Notes: generated from the letters alone by a model not told the origin. A stretch of DNA of 64,000 nucleotides from Candidatus Cloacimonadales bacterium (GCA_963662655.2 CAXXTU010000002.1:1088001-1152000), one strand, 5' to 3'. Shown: positions 38,864 through 52,300, numbered from the stretch's first letter. A program made the numbers and translations.

Positions 38864-40143
38864 AGAACTTCCTTTATCAACGACGCCATTTGGCCGCTCA
38901 GATGGATCGCGTTGTATTGGTCGATACCATCCAACCGTATCCCCTTGCGGAACTCCTCACGATCCAGGCTTGCCGCCTTCGTCAGGAGGTTCACCATTTC
39001 CTGGACATCGTCGTTGTCGCAAACGAAGCCGATATTGAGTTGCCGGATGAGCTCCGCGGCCGCTCCGGTGTGCGAACTGAAGCTGACCATGGGAATCCCC
39101 ATGAAGGCGTATTCGTACATCTTGCTGCTTCGCGCCTGTTCGGCGGTCTGAGGATAATAGAAATGCAGCAGCACGTCGGCGCGTTGAAGCTTTCCGAGCA
39201 ATTGGTCGCGCGGCACGAAGCCGGGCGTCACGATATCGTCACGAGAATACTGGTCGATAAGCTTCTGCGTATCATCGTTGAGCCCCCAGTATATTTCCAG
39301 AACCGGTTTCTTTCCCTGCCACGTTGCCCGGAACCGTTCCCAGGCCTTCAGGAGCATGACCGGATTGTACTTGGTGTCGTGTACGTCCATCTTACCCGCG
39401 TAAGCAATCAGGAGACGCGAGTCGTCCTTATCGATTTCGTTCTGCTCCGTAAAATCAGCGGGGTCGAATCCGTTCGGGATCAATCTCACCGGGATATTCG
39501 TTCCTCTGACGTCATTCCGCAGCTCTTCCGCGTGGCTCTCCGTCAGACTGACCAGGGCGTCGCTGTGCTTGTAGCAATATTGGGAGATATGCTTGTTGAG
39601 GAACTTGCGAACAAACGAGAAGCTGCCTTCCAGGCTGTACGACCCCCAGGGATCGCGGAACTCTGATATAACCTTCACGCCGGTGAGGATTCTGATCAGC
39701 ACCGAAGCGACGATCAGCGAGAAGGGGCCGCCCGTCACGAGTATCGCCTTGATCTTGTGTTTTCTAATAATCTTGAGCATGGAGGGGACGCACCCGAGCG
39801 CCCAGAAAATATGGATGTCGGGCGAAGCGATCAAATCCTTGATAATGACCAGTAGTTTCAGAATAATCTTTTTGAGCGGAGACTTCTTGCCGGTGTAAAT
39901 GTTAACCGATTTCCGATACTGGTGATCGGGGAACCGGGTTGGGCTTCGATAGATCACCGCATTCTTCGGAACGCTCCCCATCAGCTTCTTGTTGATAGGA
40001 TATCCGGGATTGGATGCCGTGAGGATAACGGGCTTGATTCCGTACTGGCTGATGTATTTTACTGTGCGGATAATGCGAAAGGCGCCGGTTGTGTTGAGTG
40101 GCGCATAGCAAAAGGTGAAAACAAGAATAGGTATTTCGTTCAT
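38860..40143 (-). CDS. GT4 family glycosyltransferase
   Basis: TGGPFS, EFRDPW, IPNGFD and SKMYEY motifs. Confidence 0.85.
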   Translation of the reverse strand: MNEIPILVFTFCYAPLNTTGAFRIIRTVKYISQYGIKPVILTASNPGYPINKKLMGSVPKNAVIYRSPTRFPDHQYRKSVNIYTGKKSPLKKIILKLLVIIKDLIASPDIHIFWALGCVPSMLKIIRKHKIKAILVTGGPFSLIVASVLIRILTGVKVISEFRDPWGSYSLEGSFSFVRKFLNKHISQYCYKHSDALVSLTESHAEELRNDVRGTNIPVRLIPNGFDPADFTEQNEIDKDDSRLLIAYAGKMDVHDTKYNPVMLLKAWERFRATWQGKKPVLEIYWGLNDDTQKLIDQYSRDDIVTPGFVPRDQLLGKLQRADVLLHFYYPQTAEQARSSKMYEYAFMGIPMVSFSSHTGAAAELIRQLNIGFVCDNDDVQEMVNLLTKAASLDREEFRKGIRLDGIDQYNAIHLSGQMASLIKEVL

Positions 40144-40188
40144 ATCGTACTCAGTTGACGACGGGTTTATTACCTGGCACAATTCAGG

Positions 40189-40221
40189 AAAAAACCGCCC
40201 CCGTAGAGACGGGAGCGGTTT
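40189..40221 (-). terminator. Terminator after gdhA
   Basis: AAACCGCTCCCGT...ACGGGGGCGGTTTTTT on the minus strand. Confidence 0.8.
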
Positions 40222-40240
40222 AAAGAATGTATCATGTGTC

Positions 40241-41611
<1,371 letters not shown>

Positions 41612-42119
41612 TTAGTTTTTTTTGTCAATACAAAAAACAAATTTAGATTCCACGTTTTCTAATCTCCTTTATTTCCAGCATGTTAGCATATAGCGAGTCG
41701 TTGAATATTTGTTAAATCCATCTTTTACGAAGTTAGCCACCCAAATGAATCATCCTCATACACTTTTTACCATGGAGAGAATGCCCTAATCGATTCATTT
41801 GAAATTATTTCCTTAGTGATCCATTCACATCATTCTTGTGCCTGATTCCTTGACACTCGTGCTATTTTACGATAACGACAAACCGAACAACGTAACAAAA
41901 CAACAATCAGCAGCAATCCTATAACGTCAACCCCATAAAAATGCTGTTCGGCAACGTTTTCATGGAGTAATCATACTCAGTCTCTGAAAATGCAGCGTAT
42001 GAAACAGGTCGATAGAGCACGTCCCAATCTCTTGTAATCAGCTTCGACTCGCTTCCACCTTGACAGGAATCCTCTTTCCTCTATCTTATTGACAGCACAA
42101 TAATTGATGAGGATTTACC

Positions 42120-45119
42120 ATGAAAAAGCTCATTATCATGACTCTCCTGGCGCTGATCACTACCCTCAGCGCCACGCCGATATACATCGCGTTCCTCTGG
42201 CACATGCACCAGCCGATCTACTGGCCCTACGAGAACGTGAACGAGACACAAAACCACGGCTACTACAGCTATTCGCTGTACGATATCTTCAATCAACGTT
42301 ACGGCCCCTATACCACGTGGCCCAAAGACGCGGTGCAATCCGGAATGAACGCCGGATTCCAGCACTTCGGCGCGCAGGTGAGTTTCTCCGGTTCGCTCGT
42401 GGAGAACCTCAACAATCTCGAATCGAACGGGAACGGGAATTTCCAGAACTGGAAATCGAACTGGCAGTACATCGCGAACCAGCAAACCTCGCTGGGAAAT
42501 CCGCGCATGGACATGGTAGGATTCGGCTACCATCACCCGCTCATGGGGCTCATCGATTACGACGACATCCGCCGCCAGATTCAGGGGCACCGCGAGATGC
42601 TTTCCAGCAACGGCATGGGCGGAAACTCCAGCGGCATATTCCCTCCCGAGTGCGCATTCTCCCTCAAGATGATTCCAGCACTCACCGATGAAAATCTCGA
42701 TTGGGTGCTCATAGACAACATCCACCTGGAGCGCACCTGCGAGGGCTATCCGTTCAATACGGGAGGCAACATATACGAACCCAATCAGGCGGACATCCTC
42801 AACCCGAATCCAGGCGACTGGCTTCAGCTCAACGGGCTGTGGGCTCCGACGCAGGTTTCGCTGCAATGGGCGCATGTGCCGCACTATGTTCGGTACATCG
42901 ATCCCGTTACTGGTGACGAGAGCTCCATGATCGCGGTACCGGCGTCGCGATATTTGGGAACGGAGGACGCCCGTGGCGGGTTCGGAGCGCTCAACTACGA
43001 CGATGTCATGAGTCAATTCGAGGATGCCAACACCGATTCCGATCATCCCATCCTGATCGTCCTTCACCACGACGGCGACAACTACGGTGGCGGCACCGAT
43101 TCCTACTATCACAGCAATTTCTCGCAATTCGTGAGTTGGCTTCAAAGCAATCCGGATCGCTTCGTCTGCACGACAATCCAGGACTATCTGGAGATGTTCC
43201 CGCCCGAGACCGGCGACGTCGTCCACGTGGAATCGGGAAGCTGGAGCGGGGCAGACAACGGCGACCCTGAGTTCAAGAAGTGGAATGGCGATCCTTATAG
43301 CGGCTACAGTCCCGACCGCAACAGTTGGGGCGTTATCACCGCAGCGAAGAACATCGTTCAAACCGCTCAACATGTCAATCCCAGCCACAGCGGAACAATC
43401 GCCGGCTGGCGTTTTCTGCTCAACGCTGAAACAAGCTGCTACTGGTACTGGGACGGATCCCAGAACGGCATTTGGGATTCGCATCCCACGCGCGGATCGA
43501 ACCTGGCCGTAGCCTCCGCGCTTACGGTGGCGCAGTCTGGCGAGGACAACACACCGCCCACGATTTACCAGCCGCAGCGCGAGCCTTACAATCCCGGCGG
43601 AAACGAGTGGAATCAGCCGCAGCCGTCCGATTTCACCGTCTGGAGCTACGTCTTCGACATGAGCGGACTCTCGTCTGTCACCCTCAAGTACCGCACGGAC
43701 ATTGATGGGATCAATTCCACGTCCACCAACCACAACGAGACCTTCGCGGGAGGAGCGGACGTAAACGCATGGCAATCGATCGCCATGGACGAGTCATGGA
43801 TCGATTCGCAGACAAACCCCGCGCCAACGTACAAGGCACATGAATACTCAGCCCAAATCACGAGTCAGAATAATGTCCTGATCGACTACTATATAGAAGC
43901 GGTAGATGAGGAAGGAAATATCGCCCGTTCCACCATCGAGCACGTTTTCGTCGGCTCATCGTCAGGTGGCTCGAACCTGAGCTGGGAGCCTGTCAATCCT
44001 ACGGAGGACGACGCAGTAACCATCACCATCACCGGAGTGTCGCAAGGAGCGATGCTGCATTGGGGCGTCAATCCGCAGGGAAGCACATGGCAAACCCCAA
44101 ACGAAGTGTACTGGCCCGATAACTCCAGTCTGTTCAACGGAACGGGCCCGGCCGTGGAAACTCCGTTCAGCGGTCCCGACGAGAACAACGAACTCACGCT
44201 CACCATCGGCCCGTTCAACAACGACGCGCAATCGATTTCCTCCGTATCTTTTGTGCTGCACTATGACGACGACAGCTGGGACAACAACAGCGGTAACGAC
44301 TATAACATTACCATCTCCGGTGGTGGCGGAAGCGAAACATACGTGATGGACGGGCAACTCGATCCCGGTGCGCAAGTGCTGGCGCAAGACGGTTCATACA
44401 CGCTCTACTACGCCTTCAACGGCATCGAATTGTATCTGGCAACCTCCTCGGCCCAAACAACCGGCAACGATACGTTCATCTTTGTCAGCTCATCACCCGG
44501 CGCAATGGTCGACGCACCCTGGGCGAAGGCAGGGCAGGTCGCACAGTGGGACGCTTTCATCGCCAACGAAAGTGCCAATAACTACAGCACCTGGGCCGAT
44601 CAGGACGCGCTTACCTCAATCGCTTGCGGAAGCTACCTGGAAGGCGTCATCAACGTAGATGGAGAGTGGGGATCGTCGGTTACACAACTCTATGCTGCAC
44701 TTGGGCTGTACCACTCCAACGACGACGGCGAACTGGTTTATCAGGCGCCGGCTGGAGACGGAAACGGCGATCTCGAAGCAAACGAATATCAGATGTTCGA
44801 GCTCGACATCACATCCACGGATTCCCCGGATGTCACTCCCGCATCTCTCGTACTCGAGCAAAACGCACCCAATCCCTTCAATCCGGAAACGAGAATACGA
44901 TTCTCCCTGCCGGACGGAAACATGACTAGGCTGGAAATTTACAACATCCGAGGACAGAAGGTAAAAACTCTTGTTAGCCAGTTCATGAGTCAGGGGAATC
45001 ATTCAATTGTCTGGAATGGAAAAGATGATTCAGGGAAACCTGCCGCCAGCGGTATCTATTTGTACAAACTCACCAGCGGTCGCAGCGCTTTGGCAAGGAA
45101 GATGCTGCTGCTGAAATAA
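42120..45119 (+). CDS. Secreted GH57-family alpha-glucan hydrolase with accessory beta-domains and a FlgD-Ig tail
   Basis: LWHMHQP (CSR-1), FPPECAF (nucleophile Glu), HHDGDN (acid/base Asp) and AETSCYWYW; CBM-like WDNNSGNDY; NAPNPFNP tail. Confidence 0.85.
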   Translation: MKKLIIMTLLALITTLSATPIYIAFLWHMHQPIYWPYENVNETQNHGYYSYSLYDIFNQRYGPYTTWPKDAVQSGMNAGFQHFGAQVSFSGSLVENLNNLESNGNGNFQNWKSNWQYIANQQTSLGNPRMDMVGFGYHHPLMGLIDYDDIRRQIQGHREMLSSNGMGGNSSGIFPPECAFSLKMIPALTDENLDWVLIDNIHLERTCEGYPFNTGGNIYEPNQADILNPNPGDWLQLNGLWAPTQVSLQWAHVPHYVRYIDPVTGDESSMIAVPASRYLGTEDARGGFGALNYDDVMSQFEDANTDSDHPILIVLHHDGDNYGGGTDSYYHSNFSQFVSWLQSNPDRFVCTTIQDYLEMFPPETGDVVHVESGSWSGADNGDPEFKKWNGDPYSGYSPDRNSWGVITAAKNIVQTAQHVNPSHSGTIAGWRFLLNAETSCYWYWDGSQNGIWDSHPTRGSNLAVASALTVAQSGEDNTPPTIYQPQREPYNPGGNEWNQPQPSDFTVWSYVFDMSGLSSVTLKYRTDIDGINSTSTNHNETFAGGADVNAWQSIAMDESWIDSQTNPAPTYKAHEYSAQITSQNNVLIDYYIEAVDEEGNIARSTIEHVFVGSSSGGSNLSWEPVNPTEDDAVTITITGVSQGAMLHWGVNPQGSTWQTPNEVYWPDNSSLFNGTGPAVETPFSGPDENNELTLTIGPFNNDAQSISSVSFVLHYDDDSWDNNSGNDYNITISGGGGSETYVMDGQLDPGAQVLAQDGSYTLYYAFNGIELYLATSSAQTTGNDTFIFVSSSPGAMVDAPWAKAGQVAQWDAFIANESANNYSTWADQDALTSIACGSYLEGVINVDGEWGSSVTQLYAALGLYHSNDDGELVYQAPAGDGNGDLEANEYQMFELDITSTDSPDVTPASLVLEQNAPNPFNPETRIRFSLPDGNMTRLEIYNIRGQKVKTLVSQFMSQGNHSIVWNGKDDSGKPAASGIYLYKLTSGRSALARKMLLLK

Positions 45120-45133
45120 TACCAATAAGCCAA

Positions 45134-45288
45134 GGCGTGAGAGAATTCGTTCGATCAGACAGTGAAGACGTGGTGTTACACGATGCAATGCGTGCGGAAA
45201 GATTTGATTTTGCCGATTATCGCCATCCACGCATGGAATCGTGTTATATCCACGGCGGAACGGGCTGATCGGGCGAAGGCTCCACGCC
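45134..45288 (+). repeat. Structured palindromic element, copy 3
   Basis: Same conserved blocks, more diverged; lies between convergent genes. Confidence 0.8.
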
Positions 45289-45304
45289 GACACGAATAAA
45301 TAAA

Positions 45305-45325
45305 GGGCGCAAACTCGTTGCGCCC
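45305..45325. terminator. Hairpin between convergent genes
   Basis: GGGCGCAA/TTGCGCCC stem with an A-rich left flank. Confidence 0.6.
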
Positions 45326-45348
45326 CCTAACTATATTTTTCCGTTCCG

Positions 45349-48342
45349 CTATTTCAATAACAGCGCTTTGTGGATTTGCGTCGTGTTTCCGGCCTTGAAC
45401 TTGATAAGGTAAACGCCGGAAGCGACCTTCTTGTTCGTATTGTCAATTCCGTTCCAAACAACGTGGTGGGTACCTGCTGGCATCGTCTCATCGAGCACGG
45501 TACGAACCTTTTGCCCACGTACGTTGAAGACTTCAATGCTCGTTTTCTCAGGCTGCTTCAACGAGAAGCTGATGTTCGCCTCGGGATTGAACGGATTCGG
45601 GTAAATCGCGTTTACGCCCGTGTAGGCCGGAACCCCATCTCCGCCTGCTCCTTCCGACCAGATGTATTGGGCCGTAGCAGACGGATCCGATTCCAGCCCG
45701 GAGTTATCCACCGTCACCACGTAGAATTCGTAGGTTCCCGGATCGTCGAGCATATAGAAGAACTGGAGCCCATGCGAGGTTCCGATCAGTGCATCTTCTT
45801 CGCCATTGTTCATATAGACGTTCATGTATGCGAAGTCGTTGATATCCTCCATCTCCCACGAGAGGACAATATCGCCTTCGTTTCCGGTCACATTGAGGTT
45901 CACGGCAGCCGGCGGAATGGTATTTTCTGCGCCGAAATGGATTTCCCCGTAAAACTGTGGCTTGAAGATGTTCATCATCGTCGCTGGCCACCAGGCATTG
46001 AAGGTGGACGGATCGTCGAGTACGAACAGACCGATCCCGGAGACGTTTCCTTCGCCGGGCTGGATGTAATTGTACTGATTTCCGATCGGAATCGCGAATT
46101 CGTAGTCGATCATTGTTCCATTCTCCACGACCGCGACTTGCCAGTCGGTATATTCTTCGACGGTCCCCACACCGCTTGGATCAAAGCAGGGACGATACCG
46201 CATGACATCTCCCGAAGCATAATGCACGGCCCAGAAGTTTCCTTCCGAAAGATCCTCGGAGCCATTTGCCGGGAATACGCCATCGTTGTTGTCATCGATG
46301 TAAACACCAACCTCGTCATGATCTTCGAACACGCCATCCACGCCATTCGAGACGGCGATGTAGAGATTCTCCATTGTACTATCGACTTTGAATCTTGCGG
46401 TAACGCCCATGAGATTATATGGAAGATTATCGCTCTGGCCGAGAACATCGCCGCAGTAGAGCAGGAAAGCGTCCGCCCACTCGGCCTCGTCGATCGAACC
46501 GTCAATCGTGGGAACCGTTCCGACATAAGCGTCGATCCGGTTCGTGATGTGACTCGTCGAGCACCATCCGGTAGCGAGACTCGAGTACGGCGTTTCGACA
46601 CCGTCGATGATGGCCGTCACCACGTAATGATATTCCTCGAGAGGCGTAACATCATAGTCGTCAAAGGTCGGGCTTGTAGCTGAGCCGATTGGCTCTGCCG
46701 GGAATGGTTCGCTGAGGTAGTCCTTGCGATAGATGTTGTAAGAATCCACTTCCACATCTTCCGGTGGATCCCAGTCGAGACGAATCCACGGTGCGTACGA
46801 CTGGCTGGCGACCAGATCGGTCGGAGGCATGCCGTTCGGCGTGAGGGTGAAATCGGCGTTCGCAATCTCGCCTTCGTTGAACGAAACAGCCACCGTCACC
46901 GGCTGGAAACCGGTCTTGGAAGCTTTCACCATATAGGTTTGCGCCGGGACGTAGCGGATCAGGTAATCGCCGGTCTCATCCGTGTAGGCCATGTAGTCGT
47001 CAACATCCAGAACCTCGACCACGGCTTGGGAGTGATCTTCGAAACCATCGAGCGTGACATTCCCCATGAGGAAGCCGCCTTCCGGCGTGGCGTTGAGGCT
47101 GTAAAGCAAGCCACCGCTGCCCATTACGCGAGCGTGAACGGCCTTTCCTCCAACCATGCACATGCCTGCATCGTCGGAGAGCTCCACCGAGCTGATCGAG
47201 CCGGGCGTATTGAGTGTATAGATCGGTTCGCTGCTTCCGCGACGGAACAGATAGAAGTCCGGTCCCGAGTGATCCAGCGGACCGTATCCGCCGGCGGCGA
47301 TCACGGAACCGTCGTATGAGATATCTACATCAACTACATAGTCGCCGCAGTTCTGGTAAATCCACAATGGCTCAGGGATGTTCACATCGAAGACATAGAC
47401 TTCCCCGTCGTAACCCTCGCTGAGAAACATCAGCGTACCAACGGCAATCGTGGATCCGTCGCCGGAAACCGCCATGCCGCCAACCCACGCGCTGGAGCCG
47501 TTGACATGATAGTTCCAGAGCTCCTCGTACGTTGCGCCGGTTCTGCCGTACACATGAATGTAACCCGAATAGTCGCCGTTTACGATGATCGAGCCGTCAT
47601 ATGAGATCGCCGGAGGATTCTGGTTGTATTCCGTGTCGGTGAAGAGGACATTGCCGTCCTCGGCGTTGAGAACGATCATGTTGCTGTTATCGCCACCGTA
47701 CTGCGTGAAAACCAACGTCTGGTTGTCCCCGCTCAACGAAAGCGTTCCCGAGCTGCCTTCAACGGACATGCTCCAGATTTCCCCCTCGCTGATGGAAATC
47801 GCCTTGATTTCGGCATGATCGCCGACTGCGCCGGAGCAATAAACGATGGCCCCGTCGTTGGTGATAAAAACATTGTTGATCGACGCTCCCACGATCTGGT
47901 GTTCCCAGACCGGCGTTCCCATCGAGGCGTTGAAGCCCCAAATGTAGCTTCCCGCCCCGAGAACCGCGTAACCTTCAGGCGTCATGTCGAGCGGATAATC
48001 GAATCCCGGATCTTCAAAAGTATAATCCCAGAGCGCGGCATTGCTATCCTGATACATGCTCATCCGGACGTTGTTCAGATACCACCCGGCAGCCACGTAT
48101 CCCGTTTCTTCAGCCAGCGCCAGGTTGCCGCAGATTGCTGCTTCGTCCGTTGTATACCATAACTCCTGAATCCGGTTGTCGCGATCGTATATAATCGATT
48201 CCGCCACCGGTTGGGATACGGCGTCGCCATACTCGAACCTGGCTCCACTCTCAGGGTCCGTCACCACCTTAGTCCCGACAGCCGCATACGCTATCGAGAA
48301 CACCCACAGGAAAACCGCAACGCATACAATTGCTCTTTTCAT
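45349..48342 (-). CDS. Secreted beta-propeller protein with carboxypeptidase-regulatory-like, Fn3, CBM9-like domains and a FlgD-Ig tail
   Basis: Repeated 'ISxDGSxI' blades; PTIDGSIDEAEW; IYPNPFNP tail. Confidence 0.8.
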   Translation of the reverse strand: MKRAIVCVAVFLWVFSIAYAAVGTKVVTDPESGARFEYGDAVSQPVAESIIYDRDNRIQELWYTTDEAAICGNLALAEETGYVAAGWYLNNVRMSMYQDSNAALWDYTFEDPGFDYPLDMTPEGYAVLGAGSYIWGFNASMGTPVWEHQIVGASINNVFITNDGAIVYCSGAVGDHAEIKAISISEGEIWSMSVEGSSGTLSLSGDNQTLVFTQYGGDNSNMIVLNAEDGNVLFTDTEYNQNPPAISYDGSIIVNGDYSGYIHVYGRTGATYEELWNYHVNGSSAWVGGMAVSGDGSTIAVGTLMFLSEGYDGEVYVFDVNIPEPLWIYQNCGDYVVDVDISYDGSVIAAGGYGPLDHSGPDFYLFRRGSSEPIYTLNTPGSISSVELSDDAGMCMVGGKAVHARVMGSGGLLYSLNATPEGGFLMGNVTLDGFEDHSQAVVEVLDVDDYMAYTDETGDYLIRYVPAQTYMVKASKTGFQPVTVAVSFNEGEIANADFTLTPNGMPPTDLVASQSYAPWIRLDWDPPEDVEVDSYNIYRKDYLSEPFPAEPIGSATSPTFDDYDVTPLEEYHYVVTAIIDGVETPYSSLATGWCSTSHITNRIDAYVGTVPTIDGSIDEAEWADAFLLYCGDVLGQSDNLPYNLMGVTARFKVDSTMENLYIAVSNGVDGVFEDHDEVGVYIDDNNDGVFPANGSEDLSEGNFWAVHYASGDVMRYRPCFDPSGVGTVEEYTDWQVAVVENGTMIDYEFAIPIGNQYNYIQPGEGNVSGIGLFVLDDPSTFNAWWPATMMNIFKPQFYGEIHFGAENTIPPAAVNLNVTGNEGDIVLSWEMEDINDFAYMNVYMNNGEEDALIGTSHGLQFFYMLDDPGTYEFYVVTVDNSGLESDPSATAQYIWSEGAGGDGVPAYTGVNAIYPNPFNPEANISFSLKQPEKTSIEVFNVRGQKVRTVLDETMPAGTHHVVWNGIDNTNKKVASGVYLIKFKAGNTTQIHKALLLK

Positions 48343-48369
48343 TGTTCCTCCTCGAAGTGAAAGATTTTT

Positions 48370-48741
48370 TTATTTGCCACCTAATATCTCAATAATATTA
48401 CCCGAAGGATCGTAAAATTGAAACCAGTAATCGCCCTGCCCCATATCCATAGGTTCACTTTGTATTATTTTCGTGTGGTTCTGTCGTAAATGATCAAATG
48501 TCTTCCACGCGGATTTCACGGAAAGCGCAAACGTGGCTCGTGTTCTGTCCTGCTTGAGATTCTGCGCCTTATTGCCTCCTTGAAGGTAAAGTCCCGGATT
48601 CTCGCCGATCGCGAGAAACGCGGCATCATTTCCCATCTCGGTCAATTTCTCGAGGCCGAGGACATCTTTGTAGAACGAGAGAGATTTATCGAAATCATCA
48701 ACATAAACCGAAACAAATGCAATCCCTTTGACGTGAATCAT
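48370..48741 (-). CDS. VOC/glyoxalase family protein
   Basis: VYVDDFDKSLSFYKDVLGL and FYDPSGNIIEI motifs. Confidence 0.9.
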   Translation of the reverse strand: MIHVKGIAFVSVYVDDFDKSLSFYKDVLGLEKLTEMGNDAAFLAIGENPGLYLQGGNKAQNLKQDRTRATFALSVKSAWKTFDHLRQNHTKIIQSEPMDMGQGDYWFQFYDPSGNIIEILGGK

Positions 48742-48852
48742 GAAGCCTCCCTGTATGTTAAGCATTCGTGCATTGAATATTCCAATCTTAATAAAAAAGC
48801 GAACCGGTGTCAACCGATTCGCTTAAATATTTCAACGGGTCCCGAAAGAGGA

Positions 48853-49341
48853 TCAATATTCTTCTTTGTGATGGAACTCCGCATCCTCCACCCATTGATT
48901 GGGGCGGCTTACATGCTCGATGATGTTCTCCAGAATCCGGCGATGTTTTTCCTCTTCGGCGATAATCTTTCTTATAAGGGCTTTCTCGTCTTCGTTCTCC
49001 ATATCTGCCAGCGCTTTGACATAGAGATCGATCGAGTTCTCTTCCATTTCCAGCGCCTGGTTGTACAGATTGAGCTGATCCTGCCCACAATCGATCTCGA
49101 CATTCTCTTTCCGCATTTTCGCGAAGATATTATCCGCCTCCGTCAGCACGGTAGTCGAGGCCATCGTGCCCGGATTGGACTGCTGTATCGACATAAAAAC
49201 TCTGCGGTGCTTGCTCTCATCGTCGGCAAGCATGTTCAGGATATAGCTCATCCCGCTGCCTTGCTCACAGTTGTTCGAGAGCATACGATAGAAAATCTCA
49301 CCGTCTTTCTCCATCTGGATCGCAAAATCGAGACTTTGCAT
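48853..49341 (-). CDS. Rubrerythrin-like ferritin-fold protein
   Basis: Paired E...ExxH motifs (MEKDG...DESKH; MEENS...EEEKH). Confidence 0.85.
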   Translation of the reverse strand: MQSLDFAIQMEKDGEIFYRMLSNNCEQGSGMSYILNMLADDESKHRRVFMSIQQSNPGTMASTTVLTEADNIFAKMRKENVEIDCGQDQLNLYNQALEMEENSIDLYVKALADMENEDEKALIRKIIAEEEKHRRILENIIEHVSRPNQWVEDAEFHHKEEY

Positions 49342-49361
49342 GAAACCTCCCGCCTGGTTGG

Positions 49362-52300
49362 CTATTTTAGTATCGCTCCTGTCTGGCCTTCCAGTGAGAG
49401 CGTAACCTTGCCGCCGTCGACCTTGTATGTCTTACCGGTCATGAGGTCGGTTAGTTGAGCGCTTTTCACGGGGACATCCACGGTGATGTTACGAGGTGAG
49501 GTCTCGTTGTTGATTACTACGACGATTTCCTCGCCCTTGTACTCGCGCAGGAAGGAGTAGATTTTCTCCTTGGCTAGAAGCGTGTGGAAGTCACCCTTGG
49601 TGAGGGCCTTGTTTTCCTTACGAATCTTGATAAGCTTCTTGTAGTACTCGCGAAGCGCAACGCGATCTTGATTTTCCGTGTAGTTCCATTCGAACGGTCT
49701 GCGGCAATCCGGATCGTGCGCGCCCATCATTCCGATCTCGTCTCCGTACCATATATGCGGAGCGCCGACGTAGGTCATCTGGAAGAATGCGGCCATCTTG
49801 AGCTTGTTCACGTCGCCGCCGGCTGTCTCGAGATAGCGGTGCGTGTCGTGGCTGTCGATGAGATTCATCATCGCCTGGGTGGATTGGGTCGGATAGGTTA
49901 GCAATCCGGGCTTGAGATCGCGATCGAATGTCTTCGCGCTGCAGTTGCGCTGGTTGAAGAAGCGCTGCACCGGATCCTTGAAATAGGCATAGTTCATCAC
50001 GGCGTCGAAGTAGTCGTTGTTAACCCAGTCAACAGCGTTGCTCCAGATTTCACCAACGAGGTATGCGTCCGGTTTGACCTCTTTCACGCGTTCGCGGAAG
50101 AGTCTCCAGAACCAGAAAGGAACCTCGTTGGGGACATCAAGACGGAATCCGTCGAAACCGACATCGCCGATCCAGTAATCGACGAGGCCGAGAATGTAGT
50201 CCACCACCGGCTTGTTCGGCTGCGCCTGCGTGATATCCTTCACCGAATTCTCCGATGCGCTTGGGCGACTCTTGTCGTAATCGAGGTCGGGCATTTCGCC
50301 GAATCCCCACCAGCACTCGTAGTAATCGGCAGGCTTGTAGTTGCTTTCGGGAAGCGGCCATTTTTTCCACTCGTACCATTCGTAGTACTCGGAAGCGGGA
50401 CCATTCTTCTTACCGTCCTGGAATGCCCAGAACGTATCGCCCGTATGGTTGAACGCGACATCGAGGATCACGTGGATTCCCAGATCGTGCGCGTCTTTGA
50501 TGAAATCTTTGAGCTGCTGCTCGGTACCGAAGTGCGGGTCCATCTTCATGTAATCGGCTGCGTCGTACTTGTGATTTGAACGAGCCTGGAAGATCGGATT
50601 GAAGTAAATAATGGTGATGCCGAGATCGTGCAGGTAATCCAGCTTCTGGTGGATGCCGACGATATCTCCTCCGTAGAATGCCCACCAGTCCGGCTTTCCT
50701 TCCGGATGATACGGATTGCTGGTGAGCGGAGCGACGTCGTACCAGTCCTCGATCAAGCGATAATATACCTGATCCTTTTTCAGCTTCTTGCCTTTGGGCG
50801 GAGGGGTACGCATTCCGTCGTAATACCACTCGGAAAAGTCGGGATCGTTGTACTTGCTTCCATTGTAGAAACGTTCCGGGAATATCTGATAGATCACGCC
50901 CTCTTTAACCCAATTCGGGGTGATGAAGGGTTCCAAACCTGCTACCGGGTAGTGGAACAGCTTCGCATTGTTCAGGGTCTCGGCGATCTCGCCTTCGAGA
51001 AGGTAGAACTTCTTCGGACCATCGTGATAGACAAAGCAGTAATCGAAGGCTTCATCCGGATTCTTCAGTTCGACGAAAATCCGGTAGTATTCAAAGCTTC
51101 CATCTTCGGAAACGAGCTTCATCGGGAGTTCCTTACCGTCTTTCCAGAAGGTCACGTTCTCCACGTCGCCAAGGTGAGCCTTCGTCTTGAACTCAACGGT
51201 TTTTTCCGAGAGCGGATTCACCGTTTCGATCGACTGATCGGTCGAGATGCCGTAGGTGAGCATCTGGCCGTCGGCGACTTCCAGCGTGACCATCGGGAAG
51301 GTCTCGTCCACGAGCACCACAGAATTCTTTCCGCCGAAACCGTCATCGGCAAAGCGCTGCGCATTGGAATCGTGCAGCCATTCGATGCCGTCGACCACGA
51401 ACTTGTAATGGTATTCGTCCGGCTTGAGCAGCATGACGATCTCGAAGGTTCCGTCGCCGTTGTCGAGCATCCTGTCTTCTTTCTGGTTCCAGGCGTTGAA
51501 TGAGCCGGCGAGGTAGACTTCCTTGACCGGTTTGCCCGGAGTGTAGCGGAATTTCACCTTGCGAAGCGCATTCAGTTCCTTGGGATCGCCGGCGTAAACG
51601 ACAGAGTTCTGTCCGCCGTAACCGTCTCCGACGAACTCTTCCGCGCTCTCGTCCGCAAGCCAGTTGTCGTCCACAACAAACTTGTAGGCGTACTTGCCGG
51701 GCTGGAGATCGATGGTCGTGGAATACTCGCCACTCACTTCCTTCATTTTGTTCGCGGTTGGCGACCAGTTATTGAAATCGCCGGCCACATAGATATCATG
51801 CTTACCACCGATAAGAGGCTGGTAGGTGAATGTGACGGGTATAGCGCCCTGCGGAGATTTTTCCTGCGTCTTCGTTGCCACTTTCTTCACTCCTGTATCT
51901 TTACCCTCTCCGACAACCAGCACCGAATTCTGGCCGCCATAGCCATCGTCCATAACGTTGGAGTTGTTGGGATCGGGTTTCCAATCGGAACCGTTTACTA
52001 CGAATTTATACTGATATTCGCCCGGTGTCAAATCCAAAGTTACCGACCAGGTATCTCCGTCTTGCATCATCGGGGTTGCGGCCATGTCCCAGTTGTTGAA
52101 ATCGCCGGCAATGTTCACGGATGACGCGCCGGCGTCCGAATAAGTAACAACGGTTCCTTTACCTGAAACCGGTTTCTTTGCCGGGGCTTTTTTCTCAGCT
52201 TTCTTCGCTTCGCCTCCGACATTAACCACGGAATTCTTTCCGCCGTAGCCGTCGTCTGCCGTGTTGGGATTGTCGGGATCGGCAACCCAGTCAGAGCCGT

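Noticed and set aside
42081..43775. 564-aa antisense ORF
   Set aside because: Shadow of the GH57 gene; no recognisable motifs
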